DNA from: Azolla caroliniana
Taxonomy: Eukaryota; Plantae; Polypodiophyta
DNA: 64,000 nucleotides
Direction of reading: 5' to 3'
Assembly: GCA_043228905.1 (NCBI GenBank)
Contig: JBHGNT010000002.1
Span: 26,846,001-26,910,000, forward strand
Below the pieces are notes generated by a model. It made no database searches. It was not told where the DNA came from and was given only the letters and a program-made list of their open reading frames with translations. Position 1 is the first letter of the stretch, and every line of letters starts with the position of its first letter. Shown in pieces: positions 37,532 through 50,693 of this stretch. The position numbers and the translations under genes are program-made.

Positions 37532-38779
37532 TATGTTTCAACCCCCACCCATCTTCACTCATCCTTATCACAAACAAAAATTATTTCTTCATTGAGTCCA
37601 CATCAACCATCTCGCCGATTAGCGCCAAGTTCCTGTACAAATAACATTGAAATGAGTCTAGATTATTTCCTCATCCCCTCATGATCTGCTTCAGCCCCCA
37701 CACCATCATCACTCATCCTCTCGTCATGTTACTAGGCTTCAATCCCTACCGCCACAGCATCATCAGTCATCCTAATGAGAAACCTAAATTCTTCTTCATT
37801 CAGGCCACATCAACATCTCGATCTCGCTGACCATCTTGACATCTCGACGATGCCCACCAACATCTTGTACTATCAGCAAAAAATGAGTCTAAAAGTTTCC
37901 TCACGTACTCATGATAGTCGGCGTCGACCCCCCCACCATCTTCACTCATCCTTATCACACAAAAAAGTTTCTTCATTCAGTCTGCATCAACTATCTCGCC
38001 GATTACCACCAAGATCCTGTACAAATAACAAAAAAATGAGTGTAGAATGTTTTCTCGTCCCCTCATGATTTGCTTCGGCCTCCACACCATCATCACTCAT
38101 CCTCTTATCATGGCAATATGCTTCAATCCCTACCATCATCATCACTCATCCTAATGAAAAACATAAAATCTTCTACATTCAATCCACATTAACATCTCGT
38201 CAACCATCTTGCCATCTTGCCGATTAGCACTAACATCTTGTACAAACAGCAAAAAATGAGTCTAAAAAGTCCCTCACGCTCTCATGATATCTACTTCAGC
38301 CCCCACAACATCATCACTCATCCTGACAAAAAATAGAAAATGAGCTTCCTCAAATCCGCATCAACCATCTCGCTATCGTTGATGATCACCAACATATCAA
38401 CATCCTTCTCAAACAATAAATAAATAAAATTACTATTCAAGTGTACCTCACAATTCAGTCTCTAGTACTAAGAAATACTTCATCCACCATCAACCTTTAT
38501 CTAAGATAAATGTCCAACAACGGTACCTTGTATTCCATCAGCTACACATTGAAACATTTCAAAAAGTTATGTTCTTATGTGAAGGAAGTATATTCCCTTC
38601 CAACTTAAGAATGAAATAAAAGAAAGGACTAGGTGGAGGAAACAACCATCGTGGGGGCACATAATTCCAACGATTTTCATGTGTCCCATCCAACCATAGA
38701 GGTATAAGCCACCATATTTGACAAATTTTCCTTCTTTTCTTATGCACCTTTTTTGTTGTTCCTTTAATATTATCATACT

Positions 38780-39290
38780 CTCCCTTAACTGTGTATCAAG
38801 TTGTCCAAGTACATCTTTATCATATCCACCACATTATACTTGATACCGTCATATTTCTTGTTGCACCAACACTTCCACCACATTATACTTGCTACCTTCA
38901 TATTTCTTGTTGCACCGATACTTCCACCACACCCACAAAGCATTAATCGAAACAATATTCCAAACAAAAGACTTTTTAAAATATTTACCACCCGGAATGT
39001 TCAGGAAAATTGCTTCAATTCTATTCTCTGATGCACGCAATGCTTTCGGACATTGCTCCCCTTTGTACATGAATACTTGCACATCCAAAGACCCCCAAAA
39101 AACAGCTCCCCATGTAAAAATCACTCCTCTATATTTACAAGAAAAAATCCTCAATATTCTTCCCCAATATTTTCGAGTTGCAATACAAGTCCAGAACAAA
39201 TGTTTCAAAGTCTCCTCTTGTAATTGGCAACACACACAGTGACGATTATCAACCTGTCCTTTTAGATGAAAACCTACAAGTAAAGCATAA
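38780..39290 (-). mobile_element. L1-type LINE 3' fragment (zf-RVT region)
   Basis: CVCCQLQEETLKHLFWTC...YWGRI...LWVWWKYRCN is typical of the L1 ORF2 C-terminal CCHC region. The end is followed by short tandem duplications of about 39 bp. Confidence 0.75.
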
Positions 39291-39604
39291 TAAAGTAATA
39301 ATTTGTTTTCTCTCTATTTAGCTTACCGTTAGTCTATTAGGGTTGAGGTTCCATTTTTGTTGTAGGGTTTAGGTCGGCTCAGAGGGTTCCAGATGTGTTG
39401 TGTCTTCTACGCAAGGCCCCACTCGCGGCGGCGAGCCCGTGAGCTCCCTGATTGGCGGCTTGCCTATAGACGGTTGATGTAATCTGGTTTGCTCGGTCCG
39501 GCTCGAAGTGGGGGTTGTAAGTTGTCCATCATGTACATAAATATACATGAAGTTATGCATCATTGTGTCTCTGTCAGTGTTGAGTATGTTCCTTTCTTTT
39601 CCGG

Positions 39605-40672
39605 TGTCGTGAAGATTTTTGGCAATGGTGTGAAAATCACATAAAACGTATGAAATCGAGTGTGATTCATATCAAACAATAATAGTGAAGATACTAATTT
39701 TAAGTAAGTTTAATATCTTAGTACAAAAATATTGAGGTCTTGAAGAGCTTTCGGATGCACTTTACAACATAAGAAACAGACATCTAAGTGTCAACTTATG
39801 TGGGTAGGAAGTTTGCAAAGACAAAGAGAAAAATAAAATTGTCAGATATCCCACATAGACAGGAAATAAGGATCTCACCATATATAATGTAGAGCAAAAG
39901 CTATTATCTTTGTGTCTATGTGTGGAGCATAGAGAGTTCAAGGTGGCTTGAACTAAGTTATTGGATAAATGGGTGTGGCCTGGCTACTTGCAAAGGTTTT
40001 GGCCAACCAAAATCGGACTGGCGATGGAGCCGGCGGTAATCGGCATCCGGCAACCGAACGGTAACCGACATTCGGCGACTGAACGGTAACCGGTAACCGG
40101 CAACCGGCGGCTAGATGGATAAATAAATAAATATTTATTTATACATATACACAAAGAGGGAAAGTAAGGATTTAAACCTTGCACCTCCAAGTTGAGAGTC
40201 AATAGGCTTACCACTAAGCCAACGCATTTTCTTGGAATTATATTTTTATCATTGTAACTTTACATGTAAATTCTCATACATGAGAGCTAAAATGAGTGAT
40301 ATGGTTATCATGCACCAGATGTAATACATGAGCGTCAAATGGCAAACATGCATTTTATGCATGTCTTGTACCCTCAAATGCATGAGGCCATCTATAAAAG
40401 AGGGGAGGAAAAAGATGAACGAACTAATGTAAAATTTTTGGAAGCAAGCTTTGTACTTTATATCAAAATTAATATTAAGAAGATAATTCATTATCCAATT
40501 GATGTATTAATCTTGTTCTTCAAATCTAAAGTCAAGAGTTCAATCTTAATCTCTCTTTCAATCTATCTTAAATACTTTCTCGCTAAAGCTTGTGCGAACT
40601 TCGAATCCTTCCGGTCCAGAACCCCGGCGGTTCCGCCTCATGATCCGCATGTAGTAACGGATCTTCACGACA
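39605..40672 (+). mobile_element. Solo-LTR-like insertion (1068 bp) with 12-bp terminal inverted repeat and CCGG TSD
   Basis: Perfect IR TGTCGTGAAGAT..ATCTTCACGACA; CCGG at 39601-39604 and 40673-40676. It sits inside an older related LTR remnant ending at about 40894. Confidence 0.88.
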
Positions 40673-41220
40673 CCGGTTTCTAGGAAGCGTTTATTGAGTA
40701 AGTGTTGCATGCGTCTTTTCTCTCTCTCTCATTTGGTTGCCTCCGGTACGTATCCAGAAACGCTCCGGTCAGTGTCACAACCGGTGGAACCGGTACAGGC
40801 GAAGCTCAATCTCCCGGCATCCATCTCCTCTTGGTTTGAGACCTCGGTGGTCCCACCCCATTTCGACACATACTCGCGGATTTCCGCAACGACGGATTAG
40901 GATAGGCCACTAGGTGAGCTAGTAAATTCTTGCTTTGCACGTCATTTAGTTTAATATCTCTCTAGTCTCCTTCTAATACCTATCAAATATTCACGGTGCC
41001 TATTGAGAGGTCCAACTTTATTTGCGCTTATGTTTTTATTTTTTGTTTCATCACAATTTATGTCCCTTGTTAATGTTGCTTGAGACAAAGATCTATCCCT
41101 TAGCCTAAAGGGATTATTTGGCTCCTACTTCTTATGGCACTATGAGATTAAGCTTGCACTTGCATTGTTTTTGTTTTTATTTCGTCATGGTTTGTGTTCC
41201 TCACTCGTGTAGCTTGAGAC

Positions 41221-42956
41221 CATAGTTCCTAATATTCGCGTACGTCCAGTTTACTGGACGTACGCGAACGTTTGCAAACGTATGGATATGATACGCGATA
41301 TTCGTTTGGCTTCTTCTTTTTTTGGTTTTTTTTTAGGGGTTTTTTATTTCTGATATTCATCGTTCTTTGCAAATAGAAGTGACGTTTGACACACACACAC
41401 CCTCTCTCTCTCACAGGAGAACTGATAGATCTTCTCTCTCTACAAAATCTAGATATCTAATATTCACATTCCCTCACACAGACAAACCACATAGCTCCTC
41501 TCTCTCTCTCTCTAGAGTCTAGGCATACACTCAAACCACTGTCTCCTCGCACATGCAAAACAGGGCTTCTCTGTCTAGACCACACACGCTCTCTCGAGCA
41601 CTGTATGAGTCCGGCCGGCTATACTAGCTCATGGTATGGCATGATGGTGAGTTGGCTTCTTGCCAACGGTCTAGACATTACTAACCTCCCCCCCCTTAAG
41701 TACGACCACATGACTGATAACACTTTAATCTCTCATGAGGACCGTAATAAAGTAATACGCCAAGAAATATGGCAAATTTATACTCGGTATAAATGGATCA
41801 CCCCACTAGAGCCACTCCCATCTAAAATGTCGTATTATAAGGAACACTTTATGCACTTCTCTGAGTTAGGTTTTATCACGCGCCCAAAATATCTAGATGT
41901 ATTCTTACCACATGCACTAAGGGTTGCCATTGGTCAACTTAGAATATCATCTCACCAACTTGAGATTGAGAATGGACGTACTAATGGAGTCCCTAGGGAG
42001 GAAAGGATATGTAGGTTATGCCACATAGAGATAGAGGATGAGTACCATTTTACATGCAAATGCCCCACCTATGCCGAGATAAGGGCAAAATACCAAGACA
42101 TACTTGGTTCCTCTCCCACCCTTCCTAAACTATTAGATACACTAGATATAAAGAAATTAGGTAGATACATCTTAGAATTGAAACAACACAGAGAGAATAA
42201 ATTACAAAACGTTGATAATAATGTTGCTAATGTTTACCAACATATAACAAATGAAGTTTTTCGGGAACAGGGAGAGACAATGAATGTCGACACACCTACA
42301 CCACTCGGACTTCCCCTTGATGAAGCAGAAAATCAAAGAAGAACCAAACGCCCTCGAATGCCGGGTTTCAAAGCAACTCGACGAGATGTAGAAGCAATAA
42401 AGAAAATAAGGGAACGTGAACTACACCGCCTAGAAGCCATGGCTAGGGCACTCTATGCATCGGGACCATGGGTCACACCCACACCAAAAACTTTTGACCT
42501 CCCACTTCTTTTTGTACACTACTAGAACTTTCTTAGCTTAAGCTATTTTCTTTTATTTTTAGTTTTGATGATTGGATAAACACTCATTTTTGTTGTAACC
42601 TATTTGTCTCATGGGCCAAATTTGGCCTTAGAAGACGTTAATATATCACAGGGAATCACTTTGAGGGGACGATGTGAGGTAGGGAAGATGCGGAAAGTGG
42701 ATGAAGGTGTTCTGACAAAGGGAAAAGCTTCCTTTCATCGTCCTCGATGGCCTTCTCTTCCTTTGCGACAACAAACCTCTCATCGAATCGTGCACTACCG
42801 GAACTGCTATATATATATATATATATGTACACCATATGTATATATCTATGTACCGTGTATGGATTTCAATCATACTCGAAGCCTTTTCACGTATGAGTAT
42901 GATACGAATATTGGCGTTTGAGTATGACACGAATGGGACGTATGGCTAGAACTATG
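41221..42956. mobile_element. Non-autonomous hAT element containing a LINE 3' fragment
   Basis: TIRs catagttc / gaactatg; perfect 8-bp TSD CTTGAGAC at 41213-41220 and 42957-42964; gatacg/tacg subterminal repeats at both ends. Confidence 0.9.
41605..42647 (+). mobile_element. 5'-truncated non-LTR retrotransposon; open 306-aa C-terminal ORF2 segment plus 3' UTR
   Basis: ORF 41605-42525 contains QLRISSHQLEIENGR...ERICRLCHIEIEDEYHFTCKCPTY, a C-terminal CCHC-type region of non-L1 LINEs (RTE-X-like; clade inferred). The 3' end is shared with 4311-4351. Confidence 0.85.
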
Positions 42957-43189
42957 CTTGAGACTTTGAGCTATCCTCTAACCTCAAGAGACTACATGGA
43001 CTCCTCATTCTAATGGTGTATTGAACGTAAAGCTTGTGGGAATATTTTTTTCTTTTCAAGGCAATTTGGGGCTAGATGTTATTAACCACACTCTAAACAA
43101 GTTGTCATTCATTGAGCACTAAACCTTGAGCTTGGTGATCCAAGGATCTTGTATGATTATTCAGTACCGAGGCGCATGTGTGCTCATGT

Positions 43190-43670
43190 GCGTAGTTGTA
43201 AAAAAAAGGCAAGAGCTCTCATGTATAAGGGGCCTTTGGGTGGCATCACTTTAGGTCATCAATTTATCCCATTTTGCATCCATTAAGAGCCATTTCCCTT
43301 TATGTAGCTTTTCCACATTAATTAATTGAGGTATAAATATTTATTACTTATTAAGTATCTACTATATGAGATGCCTTGTATGTTTCATATGCAATAATGA
43401 TCTATTTAAGTAAGAAAATCATATTTTTTAGTTAGTGTAGTCATTAGGTGTGGGTTAACATACATAAACTTAAGAAGCCTTCGAGGCTTCCTCGCAAGGA
43501 CTGGAGAGGTAAATGCTTCCATGTATTGATGTATGGCATGGTCTTTACCTTTGGGGAGTGACATCCCCCAATCCCTCCGGTTAGGCCACCAAGGTGAAGG
43601 TGACCACTTCGGAGTCGGTAGTGACCCTTGGAACTGCAACACTTTACGATATGAGTCATGTTAGCCTCTC
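43190..43670. repeat. Dispersed repeat, about 500 bp; second diverged copy at about 55330-55830
   Basis: Colinear shared blocks: ggcaagagct, ttttccacattaattaattg, gcatggtcttt, cccccaatccct and atgagtc(a/g)tgtt. Class unknown. Confidence 0.65.
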
Positions 43671-46320
43671 AAAAAAAATGGGAATCAAAATTGTTCCTTA
43701 ATGGATAATGATCATTGTTTTTAAGGCTTCCTCAAAAGGATATCAAGGGTCGTACACTAACCTTTATCACCAGGGTCGTTGCGTTGTGGGTTCGAAACCC
43801 AACTTCCTCACCTCTCTATTATATGCTTCTTATATATATATATATATATATCAATTGAAAGTATATAAATGGCTTAACCGCTTTGAGTCCGTTAAGCATG
43901 GCTCAAGCCAAACCGAACTGAGATCAAACCATTTAAGCAAGTTCAAGCCTAAACTAAACCGTGAGAGTTCATGAAGTTAGGGTTCACAAGGCAAGCTACT
44001 CCCGAAGGATGCTTGATGACCACTCTCACTAAGTTTGCCACCAATAGGGCATACAACAATCTGGAACCCTCGGCCAATAGATATCATCTTCGAGGTGTGA
44101 TTCCACCAATATAAAGATGTGTGATCAATGTGAATGCCATAGTTCATTGGTCATGGTTGACTAAGTTATTTGGCAAAATTTAGGTCGAAGCCTTTTCATG
44201 TCCTAGAGTTAACCAACCTCCATAATATGTATTTGGATTGTCCTAGCACCTCACCATCTAGTGATATTTTATCTGTGCTATCCTCAAGAGGTGTGTAAAT
44301 TTAAACTTGTCATCTAGGTAGACTCATAGTGTTTGGTTAGAGGTTTTTATCCATGGTTGAGTTAAAAGAAATTCGTGTGATTTCCCTCTTTATGACTTAC
44401 GAGATTTTGTCATGAGTTTCCTATGTATCATGATTACCTATTGTGGATTGTGTTGTCAAATCTATAATGATTTGTAGATCTCTAAGTGACTTAGAGAGGC
44501 CTCTCTATCATGGAATGGCCTACTTATCATGACTTAAATAGGCCCTATTGTGCTTATTAGGCTCTATTTATCTGTGTGATTTAAGTTGTAGGACTTATCA
44601 TGGTTTAATATTCTTTTGTGAGTTTGGGCCTATCTTAGGTACTTCATGATTTAAGATCTAGTCTGGTGAAATTGCATGTTATTGTGACTTTGAGCAAGCT
44701 AATCATTGGGTTCTTCTCTTTCGTGATTGAATTTCTTTTGTGACGTTGAGTCTTTCACACTCTATTACCTTATTGTAAGATTCCAAATCTTTCATGAATC
44801 ATTTATCTTTATCATGACTCGGGAGGCCTCTCTATTGTGGCTTGCTAGACTCTTCATGCCCTATTGCTAATGTTTTTAGGTGGAATGCTCTTTATTTCCT
44901 AGCTAGCAACTTCATTCAAAGATCTTGTCATCTTTGGCCATAATGTGTGTAAGATTGTTTTTTGGACACCACCTCCACATCAAGCTCTTCAGTACCAACG
45001 TCACTCACCTTGAATTCTTGTCTTCAATTTCGTTTGCTTTCTCATCAACTATTGGTTATTTGATTATCATAAAGAATTGATCATGGTGATAACCAAAGTA
45101 TTCTCTCACAAAAATCCTTTAAATGGTCAAAAAAATTATAAATAGCTTTGGGTACATGCTTCTATCCTAGTTATAAATAGTAAGATTATAGTCGCCATTT
45201 CATCAAGCATGAATGTCACGTCAGCCTACAAACATCACATTTGTCGTTGCAGTTTCGCTTAACATTATAGATGTCTAAAAGAATTCACAAAATCCAATCA
45301 ATAGTGAACAATGAAATACCAAGCAATGAACATGATACACAAACCATGTTCAGCATATAGAGAAACGCATTGCATCTCCACAGATCATGTCATAAATACT
45401 GTTTCCAAGACAATCTAAGACAGATTGATCTCGCACATATGGTATTGATGTGGGAAATTTCCATTGGAATAAAAGCCTCACCAAACCTGAATACTGTTTT
45501 TTTCACATTAGATCCCAAGAGCCATAGCTGTCATACCTTAGACTAGAGAGCAATATCATCTCCATAGTATAAATAAATAAAGGTAGAACGCCAGCGTAAG
45601 ATGAAATATATTGAAAATCAAAGATTGCCCAAACTCGCAGAGAAAGAGATACCCCTGGAGAGATGAATTTATTTAATTGGTTGTTCGTTAGTCCATGATA
45701 TCCATGGCATCACACAAGATATATACATCCCAAGTCCATTTTACCAAAATTGTTTAAATGTGTCTAGAACATGCAGTGGGATCAAAAACAGAGATGCAAA
45801 TACAATGTCAAAATGAAACAAGGCCTATGACAGCCCAACAATATCCTGATTATAAACTGAATTGGTAGGTATTTTACAAGAATGGTATCCTCATATATGT
45901 GTCTGTGTGTTTCTAGCCTTTCATCTCATCTCCTTTTATGTTGGCTGGAATCAAGAGGTGCCCAAATCTACAGTGCTAGATGCTTTCAATCACACTGAAA
46001 CTAGCGTGATTTGAGCACAATCATATACACAGTTGCCAATCTTCATATTGGCATGGTAGCACTCACACGTGTTAACCAGTGAGATTAGTTCCGAGAAACA
46101 TGTCACTCATCATTTTGCTACGATCTCGCATGTTACAAGGATGACTTTGCATAGCCACATATCACATTGCTTATTTGGAGAATCATTGGTTCACATCCTT
46201 CTGGCACACTTAGATCCTTTGGACCCACTTGCCTCGCTAAGACCTTGAGTTGTTAATAATATTTGAGTGAAAATATATCTGGAACTTGCATCTTTCAGGA
46301 GAGAAAAGAGGAAAGTAGCA

Positions 46321-49300
46321 TTATTCCTTCAGAATTTGTGTTTCTACTTTTTCTCCTGATCCAGATTCAAGTAGCTCTGCTCGTAGAGACGGAGAAATAT
46401 CATGAACATGATGCCAAGTAAGTTCCCATAGGCTATCACCACCAATGCTACTCTTCTGAACAAGAACTCCACGAGCCTTCATTGCCACCAACATGTTCTT
46501 GACCACATCTAGAATCAGCTCTTCAATCTTTTGATTATCATTATCCCTCAATTTGGCTTCCCTGTACCTTTTCATTCGGCTGAGTATAGCTACCCATAGA
46601 GCCCGAAAGCTTGGAAGCAATGTAAGCTGATCCAAAAACTGAAGAAAAATTTGTGAAACTAACTTCGTTGCAGAATGAAGGGTATTCTCCATGTTGCGAT
46701 ACTCTTTTGGAGAATGTCTGAGAGAGATTTCAAGCAAATCATCAAGCAATACAAATACAACTTGATCGAAGCATTGACCCCATACTGATGGAAGCAAATA
46801 CATATTCTCTGCAGCTGATAAGCTCTTTTGCAGAGATAATAGAGCGTAATTTCTTACCTCCTCTCTCGGCTCCCCACACACTTTCCTTAACCCATGAGCT
46901 AACCGAAGCCACATCTCTCCAAGCTCTTGCAAGCTTTTTTCTCTAGGATTGTTGGGTCCATTTTCAGTAGAAGCATCTGACCAGCGAATCAAACATTTAG
47001 TTGATTCGGACATAAGGTTCAATGCCTGAATGGATCTTTCGTTACCCCCAACTGACACTTCTGCAAATGCTCGTGCTGCATCTAAACAAAGCACATAGTT
47101 GGCTGGTGTTAAATGGGCACCATCAGCCATGATAAAAGATAAAGCTTCAAAACCAGTTTCAGATGCCTCAACATGGCGAGCTGTGATAGATAATAATGCA
47201 GAAACAGTTCGCCACCCCATAGGAGACCTTATATGTTGGGCATTTTTCTCCACAAGCTGCATCACTTCTTGTGTTATCCGCTTGCAAAAAGCATCTGCCA
47301 CACGAGCATCAAGCTTCAAAATCAGCTGCAAAGACCGTAGAAGCTCTTCAGCAAGATCTTCTTTATACGGAAGCAACCTTTGACAAATGCGCAAAAGTCC
47401 AAAGACGGCCTTCTCAACAAGAAGGCACGGAATCAGTGTGGATTGAACAATATTTGATATGTGCTCATAGACCCCCGGCCAAAGAAGCATAATCCGGTCA
47501 CGGTTATTAAGTGCAACAGCAATAAGTAGGTCAAGGCAGAAGTTGGCTGTATCTTCATCCTCACTTGAGCCGCCCGCTTTCTGGGGATGACCAGCCACCC
47601 AAATCAGTGCTCGGACTAATTGCAATAATGACTCAGCTTGTAGAAATTTACTTTCAGATATAATGTTATCGATGTGGCAAGCCTCAATGGCTCGCATGGT
47701 TCGTTGGTGCGCAGCCAATTGCTGCTCACTTGGTTGAGATCGAGGTTCATCAGTTTCTAGTGATAATAGCTGACTAAATCTCCCCATCAATCCTTGTGAT
47801 CTTTTCTTAGCTCCAGAAGGTGGTAGGGCAATCGAAATTGCACCACCAGAAATAGGCCTTCCTTGCACTATAGCACTGCCAATTTCACCATCATCATTAG
47901 CAATACGAGCTGGTAGGAGGCCAAGCTTGTGTAATCTCAATATGCAATCCACTATATTCCTCCAGCTGGTACGTATATAGTCTCCATATTTATTGGCTAT
48001 CTTAAATACTGTGACTGCTGCTGTACGAGCTTTTGTATCATCCCCAAATGCAATCACTGGTTCTTCCACAGAAGCAGGATTAAGTACAGTCATGAACTTG
48101 CAAAGAGAGACCACAAGATCATCTAACACATCCTCCAAATGATGACTTGATGATATCTTTGCCACTGCAAGAAAACCTTCTACACACATTCTTAACACAT
48201 CTTCATCATCCTCAGAATGATCGAAGACAACCGAAATGGCAGCTATTGTGGGCCCTGATATGATTGCAAACATGTCCCGATCCAAGAATGGCCGAGCATC
48301 ACATTTTATATACGGTGACGTCTTCTGTGACCTATGAATAAGACCCACCCATCTACTTGGTGTCATTTCTGTGACACCTACTGAATTATCGTATGTGATC
48401 TTTATCTCATTTCTGATAATAGAGCGGTATAATTCAGAGAGAAAATCCCGAGGCATATCCTTGCCACCATTAATGCTTCGATTATTCTTTATGAAATCCT
48501 CTTCAGTCATCTTCTTTTTCACCTGGGAATTATGTTGATCAGTGTTCAACATGATAAGGGAATAAGACAACAAGAAAGCTGCATCCTTATCTGCAAACAT
48601 GTGTGATGATTGATCATAATATCGTCCAGCAAAGGCTTCTAAAACTCTTTGAATCTTTTGTGCTTCTCCAGGTAAACGGAAAGTTTCTAGAAAGGTACGC
48701 ATGGCTGCATCCAAGGCCATGCCCTCAAAATCAAAGGTTTTTGCAAACTCTGCAAGAACCTGCAAACAAAACTCATCCGGGTCACCAAGAAAATCACCTA
48801 ACAAGCTTTTGTCAAGGCCTGTTGTGAACCTAAAGAAGCATGCAACACTCTCAGGATCAAGCTTTTCGGGAAGGAGTCTAATCCCTTGCAAGAACTCGAG
48901 ACCTTTCTTTGGATCTCGATTAAAGTGGTCAGCACCGATCATGAGTCTTCTTTTGATATATTTTTGGCGCTGAACAAAATTTACCCAACACTTCGCATCT
49001 TTATAATTCTCACATTTTAATCTCCAAAATGGGGCATAGTCTTGCCCCTCAATTTGTTGTAGCGGTAGAGCTATTGGTGCTGTTGAGCTTGCCCGTTCAG
49101 CCATGCTATGAATAACAGCAATGAGACCTTCTAAGGCCAAAATGTGCATAGCAGATAAGGGGCAATTCACTGGGAAAGCACTCTTTGAAAGAAGATTACC
49201 CAGGTCTTCAAATATATTGCCACAAGTAATATCACAATCAAAATTAGCATACATCTCTGGCATGAATGTAGATTGCCTACAAAAATCCACAAGGGCTTCC

Positions 49301-50693
49301 ATTGCAACTTCTTGTTGTTGATATGTGGCTCCGTATTTCCCTTGGGCCAATCGAATTATAACACATGAGAAAAATGCTTCAAATTGTAGCTTCAAATGAG
49401 ACCTGAGGTGATGATAAAGGTTGAGGACAATACTACAAACCATTGACAAAATAAGTGGATTAATAGTAGACAGGCCTAATTGCATAAGGAATCGGAAAAG
49501 GTCATCTTGCACGAGAGCAATTAATTCCGGATGACATCCAAATGATGAGCCACCCAATTCAACTGCTGAGTTGATCAAACCAAGGGCAAAAAGTGGAACA
49601 TCTTCATCAATTGCAAGGAAGCTTTGACCACTTATTATTCCAGAGTCAACGATGTTTAAAAGAGAGCATAGATAGCGGAATATCTCCAGAATACCCACTA
49701 TACCATACGGCTCAATTATTGAGTGAACCCTGTTCCCCAAAGAAGATTCAGATACTTGACCATTTTCTTCTCTTCCCTCATGTAGATCACCACTAGACCT
49801 AGCAGAGGCCCCATCTGAATTAGGGGTAAAATCGGATCCATGACCATTTGTAGAGACATTGCGTATTCCATCAATGTCTTCTATATGGGTGCTGTTTACA
49901 TTATCACTCTGCAAGGTCCAAATATTTAAAAGACATGCACAGTATTATAAGAGAAACTTAAACACACATACAGTATGATATGTTGGATGAATCACTTAAT
50001 AAATCGGATGTGTACCTCATGAGACCCACAACCAGAGCTCATCAAAAGCTTGAGAGAAGAATCAAGATCAGGCAAATGAGCAAATATAGTTCGGACAATT
50101 TCATGCATGCTATGCCGAGCAGTTCTTTGAAGAAGCTCGCCTTTGCTAACTGCCTGATGAACTACTCGGAAACAAGTATTAACCACAAGGCAAACATCGT
50201 GATCACTAAGCAAATCAGAAGCCGAGTGTTTCATAATCGCCACTAGAACTTGCAAAATCTTCATTAGAACCACTTCTTCTGATGCCAAATCGGTGACTTC
50301 AAATCGGCAACTAGTCACGGCATCCACGATATCATGAATAGCTTCAGCAACATGGGCGGTAAATGGGTCGAAGACCTCTAAAACCAATATCTTGTAAATG
50401 GCAGACAATGCGACACCAGTGATGAGCGCCCCAGTTTCATCCGACCTTATAACATCTAAAAACGGGGTAAGGTAGAGGGAAGGGTTGATTTTCGGCCATG
50501 GTTGTGACCAATTGAACATACTCCGACGTAATGCTTTAAGTGAATAAACCAAAGAATGTTCCATTTGGTCAGCATCTCCACCCATGTATCTACCTGCCCA
50601 TCGTGCATTTCTTCTCATCACTGCTAACACAGCACCTATTTCTGAATTCACCATACATGCCAAAGCACCACTACTTCTAGCTAACTTCTTCAT
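46321..50693 (-). CDS. GNOM: GNOM-type (GBF/GEA) ARF guanine-nucleotide exchange factor, about 1421 aa
   Basis: Exon 50693-50016 (DCB region: EIGAVLAVMRRNARW, PFLDVIRSDETG, CRFEVTD), 107-bp GT-AG intron, exon 49908-46321 (HUS MYANFDCD; Sec7 HFNRDPKKGLEFL, FRLPGEAQKIQRVLEAF, SYSLIMLNTD; HDS domains). Confidence 0.96.

Noticed and set aside
39605-40672. Ginger-type MITE rather than solo LTR
   Set aside because: Not excluded, but the inverted repeat is only 12 bp and both its start and its 3' motif match the bona fide LTRs at 26082/35695, which favours a solo LTR.
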